16,729 bases of DNA from Verrucomicrobiota bacterium (GTDB taxonomy: Bacteria; Verrucomicrobiota; Verrucomicrobiia; Verrucomicrobiales; DEV007), in the NCBI GenBank assembly GCA_045046875.1, contig JASFYY010000028.1:1-16729 (forward strand), given 5' to 3'. How positions within the stretch are numbered: the first letter of the stretch is position 1; every line of letters starts with the position of its first letter. Shown piece by piece: positions 9,628 to 16,400 of this stretch. A program made the translations under genes and the position numbers. The notes below the pieces were generated by a model. The model had not been told where the DNA came from. It made no database searches and worked only from the letters and a program-made list of their open reading frames with translations.

Positions 9628-11949
9628 ATGAAGATCCGCCCCCCTTTTTTTGAATTTCCAACATTGTTAGCAGCCTCCTTCACTTTGATCGGCTTCTCCC
9701 CTTGCTTGATCGCCCAGGATGATCCTGACGATGTCGACCCTTTCACTGTCATCGACACCCCTCCGGTCGTGATTAAATCCAACGGCGCCCTCTTTGAAGA
9801 AGGGCGGATTGAAAAACTCACCGAAAAATCACTACCCTCTCTAGTAACCATCACCCATTCCAGCCGTGAAGGCAAAGTGCGCGGCACCGGCACCGGATTC
9901 ATCATTTCAGCTGATGGCCTGATCGCTACCAATCTGCACGTCATCGGCGATAGCCGTCCGATCCAAGTAGAGCTTCACGACGGTAGCACTTACGATGCCG
10001 TAGCAGTGCACGCCTGGGATCGCCGCGCCGATATCGCCATTCTCAAAATAGAAGCCAAACAAAAACTGCAAGCTCTGGAAATCGGCGACTCGGATAAAAT
10101 CAAACAGGGGCAAGCCATCGTTGCTTTTGGCAATCCCCGGGGTTTGCAATTCAGTGTCGTCAACGGAGTGGTTTCAGCCATCCGCAAACTAGAAGACGAT
10201 TTCACCATCGAAGGTGGTGCGCCCGACTTCCCTATGATCCAGGTAGCCATCCCCATTGAGATGGGCAACAGCGGAGGCCCCATCGTCGACCTCGATGGCA
10301 AGGTGCTGGGCATCGTGACGATCAAATCCCTGGTAACGCCTAATCTGGGTTTTGCCACCCCTGTCAACATTCTCAAGTCAATGATCGACAAACCTAACCC
10401 GGTTCCGATGAAAAGCTGGCTAACGATCGGCAACCTCGATCCCAACCAATGGCAGCCCATCATGGGCGGCGAATGGAAACAGCACGCAGGCATCATCACC
10501 ATCGACGCCTACGGCAGCGGATTTGGCGGACGCACCCTGTGCCTGTCTGAGCGCACCGTGCCCAAGCTGCCCTACGATGTGACGGTCAAAGTCAAACTTG
10601 ATGACGAAAGCGGTGCCGCAGGCCTGGCCTTTGCCTCCGATGGTGACGAAGTGCATTACGGCTTTTATCCCAGCAACGGCCAACTGCGTCTCACTCGCTT
10701 CGAAGGTCCCGACATCTATTCCTGGAAGATCCTCAAACAAGTTGAATCCGATGCCTATCAACCCGGCGAATGGAATCAAATCCGTGCCCGCATCGACAAA
10801 GACAAGATCAGCTGCTTTGTCAACGATCAGTTAGTTTTCGAAGTCAACGACGATCGCCTGCGCGGCGGCAAGGTCGGTTTGTGTCGTTTCCGTAAGCCGA
10901 CTGCCCATTTCAAAGCCTTCCAAGTGGGCTCGGACCTGGCAGAAAAACCCGTCGCCAAGGAATTGATGAGCGAGCTTTCCAAACAGATCAATACCTTTTC
11001 CCGCAATGGCGGTGACCGCCGTAAAGTCGCTGCCGCACTAGCCTCCCACGTCGTGCCCAGTCGGAAGCTATTAAGCCAGAAAGCCGCCGAGCTCGAAAGC
11101 CGGGCACTCGAACTGCGCAAGCTCACCGATATGATGAATGAAACCGACATCCAGCAAAGATTACTCAAGATTCTCGCGCTTGAAGAAAACCAGATCAATC
11201 TGCTCGAAGCGGGTCTATTGATTGCCAAACTCGCTAATGTTGAACTCGACATCGACGGTTACCTATTGGAATTCAAACGGCTTGCGGCAGCGGCTCGGCA
11301 AACCCTGTCCGAAGAATTTTCGGATCAGGAAAAAGTCGAGCGGTTAGGACGTTTCCTATTTCAAGAAAGTGGTTTTCACGGCAGTCGCGGAGAATATTAC
11401 CACCGCTCCAACAGCTTCCTCAATGAAGTGCTCGATGACCGCGAGGGCATTCCCATCACCCTCTCCGTGGTATATATCGAACTCGCCCGCATGCTCGACA
11501 TCCCCCACGTTTACGGCATCCCCCTGCCCGGACATTTTGTGGTGGGCTATCGGCCGACAAAAAAACAACTACAGATGTTCGACACCTTCGAAGCGGGCAA
11601 GGCCATCAGTCAAGTTGAGGCCGCCGACTTGGTAATGGGAACCACCGGCCAAACCCTCGACCCGCGTTCGCTCGAACCCGCAAGCAAACATAACATCGTG
11701 CTGCGCATGCTCAGTAACCTGATCAATGTTGAAATCAATAGCGATGACCCGACCAAATCCCTGCCTTACTTCGATTTGCTACTCGCCATCGAACCCGACC
11801 GCGCTCCGGAACGTTTCGAACGTAGCCGGGTGCGCTTCCAAGCCGACGACCGCGATGGCGCCATTGCCGACCTGCAATGGATGGTTGATAATGAACCCGC
11901 AGGTGTGAACATCGACATGATCCGCCAACTGCTGGAGCGCTTGCAGTAA
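9628..11949 (+). CDS. Exported trypsin-like serine protease fused to DUF1080-like, SirB1/transglutaminase-like and TPR domains
   Basis: Signal peptide. Catalytic triad in ATNLHV / DIAILKI / GNSGGP. DUF1080-like beta domain (GEWNQIRARI..ISCFVND..GKVGL), SirB1 motifs (NSFLNEVLDDREGIPITLS, PGHF, RMLSNL) and C-terminal TPR-like helices. Confidence 0.88.
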   Translation: MKIRPPFFEFPTLLAASFTLIGFSPCLIAQDDPDDVDPFTVIDTPPVVIKSNGALFEEGRIEKLTEKSLPSLVTITHSSREGKVRGTGTGFIISADGLIATNLHVIGDSRPIQVELHDGSTYDAVAVHAWDRRADIAILKIEAKQKLQALEIGDSDKIKQGQAIVAFGNPRGLQFSVVNGVVSAIRKLEDDFTIEGGAPDFPMIQVAIPIEMGNSGGPIVDLDGKVLGIVTIKSLVTPNLGFATPVNILKSMIDKPNPVPMKSWLTIGNLDPNQWQPIMGGEWKQHAGIITIDAYGSGFGGRTLCLSERTVPKLPYDVTVKVKLDDESGAAGLAFASDGDEVHYGFYPSNGQLRLTRFEGPDIYSWKILKQVESDAYQPGEWNQIRARIDKDKISCFVNDQLVFEVNDDRLRGGKVGLCRFRKPTAHFKAFQVGSDLAEKPVAKELMSELSKQINTFSRNGGDRRKVAAALASHVVPSRKLLSQKAAELESRALELRKLTDMMNETDIQQRLLKILALEENQINLLEAGLLIAKLANVELDIDGYLLEFKRLAAAARQTLSEEFSDQEKVERLGRFLFQESGFHGSRGEYYHRSNSFLNEVLDDREGIPITLSVVYIELARMLDIPHVYGIPLPGHFVVGYRPTKKQLQMFDTFEAGKAISQVEAADLVMGTTGQTLDPRSLEPASKHNIVLRMLSNLINVEINSDDPTKSLPYFDLLLAIEPDRAPERFERSRVRFQADDRDGAIADLQWMVDNEPAGVNIDMIRQLLERLQ

Positions 11950-11987
11950 ACACTGCCCTTCAGCATTTTCCTTTCAACCTTATCAAC

Positions 11988-13589
11988 ATGGATTCCTCCC
12001 CGCTCACTCGCAGAAAATTTGTCGAAACCTCTCTGGCCGCCGGACTGCTCGGTGCCATCCGGCCGCTGTCCCGCGCCCAAGCACAGAATGAGAAGCAAAG
12101 CTCGTCTTACCAACTTTACTGGGGAGATTTGCACAACCACAACGCCATCGGTTATGGCAAAGGCTCGTTAGAGAGATCGATAGAAATCGCCCAGGAACAC
12201 CTGGATTTTTTCGCTTTCACCGGGCATGCTTCATGGCACGACTTGCCCAAGATGCCCGGTGACCGCCACATGAAGTGGGTCAACGGTTTTAAAGTCCACA
12301 GTGATCACTGGAAAAAAACCCGTGGCCTCATTCAAGAAGCCAACAACGATACGTTTGCCGCCTTGTTGGGATACGAATGGCACTCCAGTCAGTTTGGCGA
12401 CTACTGCATGATCTTTCCAGATGATCAGCCCGACCTCTATTTGCCCGATCATGTGGAAAAATTGCTGAAGTTTTCCGGTGAAAAAAACGCTCTGGCCATT
12501 CCTCACCACCTGGCCTACGCCCGTGGCTGGCGCGGCGCCAACTTTGACCACTTCAAAGCCTCGGCTTCGCCGGTGGTAGAGATTTTCTCCGAACACGGCT
12601 GCAGTGAATCGGTCAACGCCCCCGGTGATTTCATCCGCCACTCGATGGGCGGCCGCTCCACCCACAACACCGTTGAACGCCAACTGGCTCAAGGTTTGCG
12701 TTTTGGTTTTGTCGCCTCAACCGATGATCATCGGGGTTACCCAGGAGCTTACGGTGAAGGCCTGGTTGCGGTGTGGGCCAGTGACCCCTCCCCCGCAGCC
12801 ATCGTCGATGCGGTGCGCAAACGCCGCACTTACGCCATCACCGGCGACCGCATTGAAGTGGATTTTACTCTTAACGATCAAGCCATGGGCTCCGAGCTGA
12901 AAGCCACCAATGACCGCCAGATCGACATCAAGGTCAGCGCTCCGGACAGCATCAAGATGATCGAACTGATCCGCAACGGCCGGATTATCAAACGTCACTT
13001 CCCGGAAGACAGTGCCAGTCTGCCCGCAGCCCTGCCCGGTCAGGTGCAATGCCGCCTGCGTTACGGCTGGGGGCCGTGGGGCGATCTCAGTCTCGGCCGC
13101 ATCTGCGATTGGGATATGGACATCCACCTGGACGGCGGACATTTTGTCAATGCCATCCCCTGTTTCCAATCCGCCCCTTTCGATAGCAAACGACGGGATC
13201 GATTAAGAGTGGTGACCCCCTCCCACCTCAAACTGGAATCTCACACCACCCGGGTCAAAGCTTTTGCCGAAGACCCCACCAAGGCGATTGTGCTGGAAAT
13301 CGACGCCAAACGCCCCGACGCCTCCCTGACCATTGACCTGCACAGCCCCACCGCAGAAAAACTCACCACCCCCTTAAAGGATCTACAACAGGACAATCAA
13401 ATCCATTTCACCGGCACCTTCACCGCCGAAAGTTTTTCCCTGCAACGTTTGGTCGCCCCCTCGGAACGCAGCGCCACCATCCGCTGGCAAGATCAACGCC
13501 AAGATCCCAAACAAGCGGAATATTATTACGTCCGAGTGCAACAACACAACGGCCACATGGCCTGGTCCAGCCCAATTTGGGTGGGGTGA
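11988..13589 (+). CDS. Tat-exported PHP-fold metallohydrolase (DUF3604 / CehA-McbA-like)
   Basis: Twin-arginine signal LTRRKFVETSLAAG...AQA. PHP ligand motifs WGDLHNH, FTGH, GYEW, IPHH and STDDH. C-terminal YYYVRVQQ..GHMAWSSPIWV. Confidence 0.85.
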   Translation: MDSSPLTRRKFVETSLAAGLLGAIRPLSRAQAQNEKQSSSYQLYWGDLHNHNAIGYGKGSLERSIEIAQEHLDFFAFTGHASWHDLPKMPGDRHMKWVNGFKVHSDHWKKTRGLIQEANNDTFAALLGYEWHSSQFGDYCMIFPDDQPDLYLPDHVEKLLKFSGEKNALAIPHHLAYARGWRGANFDHFKASASPVVEIFSEHGCSESVNAPGDFIRHSMGGRSTHNTVERQLAQGLRFGFVASTDDHRGYPGAYGEGLVAVWASDPSPAAIVDAVRKRRTYAITGDRIEVDFTLNDQAMGSELKATNDRQIDIKVSAPDSIKMIELIRNGRIIKRHFPEDSASLPAALPGQVQCRLRYGWGPWGDLSLGRICDWDMDIHLDGGHFVNAIPCFQSAPFDSKRRDRLRVVTPSHLKLESHTTRVKAFAEDPTKAIVLEIDAKRPDASLTIDLHSPTAEKLTTPLKDLQQDNQIHFTGTFTAESFSLQRLVAPSERSATIRWQDQRQDPKQAEYYYVRVQQHNGHMAWSSPIWVG

Positions 13590-13602
13590 TAATGGGGAGA
13601 GA

Positions 13603-13613
13603 AATACACCCAG
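13603..13613 (-). repeat. Short att-like copy of the tRNA-Arg 3' end
   Basis: AATACACCCAG at 13603-13613 is identical to 16655-16665 (13/14 when extended by 3 nt). It begins 14 bp after the last backbone gene ends. Confidence 0.6.
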
Positions 13614-13645
13614 AAGATGATATTCCGTTTTGAGAATCATGAGCC

Positions 13646-13930
13646 ATGAACAAAAAAGGTGAAAATTTTATGCCGTGGGAAGATGTTGACCGCTGTCGCA
13701 AAGACAAGCGCATCCAAACAGGTCGCATCGCAGTGGAGACGGTTGCCACCTTCAAAGCTGATGCTGAAGCAACATGCCTCGAGTGCGGGAAAGTCTCAGA
13801 TGAATTGCAGTGGTTCTACTTCCGCAGCCCTGCATTCACTTGGAAACACTTATGCGGGCGTAAAGGCGTCATGGTCGTCTGTGATAATTGTAGGCGACAG
13901 GTTGCGTTTTTCTTAACCATAATGAGTTGA
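13646..13930 (+). CDS. Small Cys-rich hypothetical protein (CxxC...C...CxxC, putative zinc ribbon)
   Basis: CLECG...WFYFRSPAFTWKHLCGRKG..VCDNCRRQVAFF. 94 aa; the start could also be the Met at 13670. Confidence 0.7.
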   Translation: MNKKGENFMPWEDVDRCRKDKRIQTGRIAVETVATFKADAEATCLECGKVSDELQWFYFRSPAFTWKHLCGRKGVMVVCDNCRRQVAFFLTIMS

Positions 13931-14022
13931 AAACCGAGTTAGTTAAAAGCGGTCGCGCTCAAGGTGACGTTAGGTTCGGATCACCGAATGGCAATATTGA
14001 CCACATGCTAAGAGAGAGGGGT

Positions 14023-14119
14023 CCTTGAAAACAAAGAGCTTACTATACGGGGAGGAAAATTGGTAAAGGTGGAGTTCTCTAATTCTGATAATCCTCTAAT
14101 TCAAGGACTGCCCCCTTCT
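14023..14119 (+). repeat. Direct repeat copy A
   Basis: 14023-14088 matches 16319-16384 at 64/66 nt. After 17 extra bp (14089-14105), GACTGCCCCCTTCT (14106-14119) matches 16385-16398. Confidence 0.95.
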
Positions 14120-14330
14120 GCGCCCCCTTCTGTGCCCCCTTCTGCGGAAGCGGGGCGGGTGCGGTATTCAGCTGTGAGTTTGCCTCGCTCCATGAAATTA
14201 ATTTCACTTAGTTTATCGAGAAGGCGTTTGATATCTTTGGATGAATTTTGTTTCATAGCGGTCTATGACATTGTCAAGACTAAGTAAAAAGCGGGCATTA
14301 ACCAATATTTAATTTTTCTGTTTTACACCC
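14101..14330 (-). mobile_element. IS remnant: putative left end plus truncated accessory ORF (DUF6788-like, ISKra4/ISLre2-type elements)
   Basis: Minus-strand 51-aa ORF at 14256-14101: MKQNSSKDIKRLLDKLSEINFMERGKLTAEYRTRPASAEGGTEGGAEGGSP. MERGKL..EYR.RP recalls the small ORF preceding such transposases. Upstream, GGGTGTAAAACAGAAAAA (from 14330) resembles a GGGTG-type terminal IR. No transposase is present. Confidence 0.55.
14109..14144 (+). repeat. Three tandem 12-bp units YGCCCCCTTCTG
   Basis: tgcccccttctg / cgcccccttctg / tgcccccttctg at 14109, 14121 and 14133. Confidence 0.9.
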
Positions 14331-14409
14331 CTAGTGTGCAATTGTAATGATTGGTGATTGACATGGGTTTCAATAATCGTTTATCTATCTGTGTAAGATG
14401 ATATAAGTA

Positions 14410-14736
14410 ATGAAGGAAGCAAGATTCCATAGCGGGCGAAATATTTTTCGAACTGCCGGTAGATACTTGGCTGTGGTGGTCTTGCTGTATGTCGTGTTGG
14501 CGACTTCATTGTCGCAATTGCATGATCAGGCGCACGCCGAACAAGGAGATTCTCACAAGGATTGTGTGATTTGCCTGATCTTAGCAGGTTCAGTCGAAAT
14601 GCCTGATTTTCCTTTTGGTCAGGTGACCGCACTGGGCAAAGTAGGAGAAATTGAGTTTTGCCCAGTCGCGCTTTCACTTCCAAGCCAGATGTTCTGGTCG
14701 GTGATGGCAGCTCGCCCTCCTCCAACTGTGTCCTGA
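14410..14736 (+). CDS. DUF2946/CruR-like leader protein (TM helix, His cluster, CxxC, C-terminal RPPP)
   Basis: Hydrophobic segment at aa 20-34, then HDQAHAEQGDSHKD-CVIC (C52, C55), and R102-P-P-P105 followed by only three residues before the stop. It lies directly upstream of an outer-membrane metal-uptake candidate. Confidence 0.78.
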   Translation: MKEARFHSGRNIFRTAGRYLAVVVLLYVVLATSLSQLHDQAHAEQGDSHKDCVICLILAGSVEMPDFPFGQVTALGKVGEIEFCPVALSLPSQMFWSVMAARPPPTVS

Positions 14737-14744
14737 CACAGTTG
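14723..14744 (+). promoter_or_regulatory. Perfect inverted repeat over the leader ORF stop codon (candidate attenuator hairpin)
   Basis: CAACTGTGTC (14723-14732), CT, GACACAGTTG (14735-14744). It begins within the last Pro codon of RPPP. Confidence 0.6.
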
Positions 14745-14937
14745 ATCACTTTTGATCCCTCCCTGCAGTTCTGGGAGTTGAATCATGTGCTCCACTTTTG
14801 GAGTCGTGTTGAAATGGCTGCGCTAGTCATGGTGCTGGTTTCCACATCTGGAAGAAAAAGCCATATAACGAAGAGCATAAGGTGTGCCCTCTTTTAAAAT
14901 AACTTTAATAATAACTATGAATTTTTTTCACAAGACA

Positions 14938-16242
14938 ATGAAGGCCTTAATTAATGCTGTGTGTGTTCTGCTGGTAGCGATGAGCTTGCTTGTATTACCG
15001 TTGTGTGCAGAAGAGGTTGAGCACGAGAGTGCACATGCACATCAGAGCGAGCATGAACACGATCATGAAAAGCATGCGCATGTAGAGGGGGTTTTGGAAT
15101 CCATTCAGGATTCAGATTTTTATGTTGATGATTCGTTGTCCGAGCGCACCGGCCTTGGTCGGTATCTATTTGGACATATACATGCCTACACGGTTTTTGG
15201 GGATTCAACGGCGAATCCTGCTGATTTGGCACTTGGCGATCATGATCCTAATAATCAGGTAGGTGTGCAGGCGATCGAGCCAAGTCTGACTTTACAGGCA
15301 GGATGGTTGCAGGGGTATATCAATGTGTCTGGTGTCACTGATGGTTCAGGTGATTTTTTCTACGGTATTGAAGAGGGTTTTCTGAAGTTGGTGGATCTGC
15401 CTTATGGCTTTGAGTTGCGCGGAGGTCAGTTTTTGAATTCTATGGGTTTCCAAAATGCTAGGCATAACCATGATTGGAAGTTTGTCGATCAAACTTTGGT
15501 TAATGGTCGCTTTTTGAATGAAGGAGAATTGTTCACTCAAGGGGGCGAAATCAGATGGAAGCTTCCAGTATTGGAGGATTCACAGATGATTGTTTCGGTT
15601 GGTGGAATGCCGGCTCATTCTCACGGAGAGGATGCTCATGATGAAGGTGGCGAGTTTGAATCGGAAGGTGCTGATTTCACCGATACCTTGAGCGGAGCGA
15701 ATTGGGTGAGTCGTTTTAAGATGGATGAAGAGAGGACAGTGATCGCTACGGTATCTGGGGTATGGGGGCGTAATAAGTTTGGTCGCACTAATCAAGTTTA
15801 TGGGGTGGGGTTCGAATATCTATGGAAACAAGATGTTCACGGAGGTAAGTATTTACGATGGCGCAATGAGGCAATGTATCGAAATATCAAAGCTGTGTCG
15901 GGTCATTTGCCAGGCGAGGCCCCTCAGGCTGGGGGTCAAAAGAAGAGTTTAGCTGATTTTGGGGAATTTGGAATCTACTCGATGTTGCTTTATGGTTTTA
16001 ACGAGCATATTGAAACTGGCGTGCGTGGTGGCTGGGTTGCGGGCATTGATCAGATGGTATTGGAGCAGAGATTTCGCATGTCTCCAGTAATCACATGGTA
16101 CCTGAATGAAAAGAAAACGTTGCAGACGAGGTTGCAATATAACTTGGATTATTTAAGTGGGAGTGGTGCAGAGCATTCGATCTGGTTGCAGATCGGATTC
16201 AACTGGGGGGCGAGAGGGGCTCATCATGGGCACGCACATTGA
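14938..16242 (+). CDS. His-rich outer-membrane beta-barrel, putative Zn/Ni/Co uptake porin (family often labelled zinc-regulated outer membrane receptor)
   Basis: Signal peptide MKALINAVCVLLVAMSLLVLPLCA. His tracts at the N-terminus, internally and at the C-terminus (GAHHGHAH). Family-like motifs HDP, IEEGF..LP.G..LRGGQF..G.QN..H.H.W.FVD, and terminal amphipathic strands (TRLQYNLD, IWLQIGFNWG). Alternative starts at 14917 and 14884. Confidence 0.8.
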   Translation: MKALINAVCVLLVAMSLLVLPLCAEEVEHESAHAHQSEHEHDHEKHAHVEGVLESIQDSDFYVDDSLSERTGLGRYLFGHIHAYTVFGDSTANPADLALGDHDPNNQVGVQAIEPSLTLQAGWLQGYINVSGVTDGSGDFFYGIEEGFLKLVDLPYGFELRGGQFLNSMGFQNARHNHDWKFVDQTLVNGRFLNEGELFTQGGEIRWKLPVLEDSQMIVSVGGMPAHSHGEDAHDEGGEFESEGADFTDTLSGANWVSRFKMDEERTVIATVSGVWGRNKFGRTNQVYGVGFEYLWKQDVHGGKYLRWRNEAMYRNIKAVSGHLPGEAPQAGGQKKSLADFGEFGIYSMLLYGFNEHIETGVRGGWVAGIDQMVLEQRFRMSPVITWYLNEKKTLQTRLQYNLDYLSGSGAEHSIWLQIGFNWGARGAHHGHAH

Positions 16243-16318
16243 AATTTGATTCACGACTGGTCAGCGCGGCGAGTTTTCGACTGTATTGAATCGGTGAATG
16301 GTCGGGAGAAGGGTCAGC

Positions 16319-16398
16319 CCTTGAAAACAAAGAGCTTACTATACGGGGAGGAAAATTGGTGAAGGTGGAGTTCTCTGATTCTGAGACTGCCCCCTTCT
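16319..16398 (+). repeat. Direct repeat copy B
   Basis: 64/66 identity to 14023-14088, followed directly by GACTGCCCCCTTCT. It lacks the 17-bp segment of copy A and has only one 12-bp-type unit. Confidence 0.95.
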
Positions 16399-16400
16399 TC

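Noticed and set aside
607..13169. Long antisense or alternate-frame ORFs (e.g. 607-1467, 4325-4906, 5592-6134, 9990-10502, 12231-12692)
   Set aside because: They overlap well-supported genes, have no recognisable motifs, and are expected shadows in moderately GC-rich coding DNA.
14060..14287. 75-aa + strand ORF with PPSA repeats
   Set aside because: It starts at TTG inside repeat A, its repeats come from the 12-bp DNA units, and the opposite strand carries the more recognisable IS-type ORF.
14335..14412. Fur/Zur box and sigma70 promoter upstream of the leader ORF
   Set aside because: A perfect TTGACA lies at 14358-14363 but has no good -10 at 16-18 bp. AATAATCGTTTATC and TGATATAAGTAATG only partly match Fur/Zur boxes in an AT-rich tract, which is too weak to call.
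14938..16242. Classical TonB-dependent receptor
   Set aside because: Too short, with no recognisable plug domain or TonB box.
16281..16310. Third, degenerate tRNA-derived att next to repeat B (ctgtattgaatcg..atggtcggga)
   Set aside because: Similarity to the tRNA fragment needs several gaps and mismatches and could be chance.
14023..16398. Composite transposon or integron attC cassettes
   Set aside because: The repeats encode no transposase, lack terminal inverted repeats, and lack the RYYYAAC...GTTRRRY palindromic structure of attC sites.
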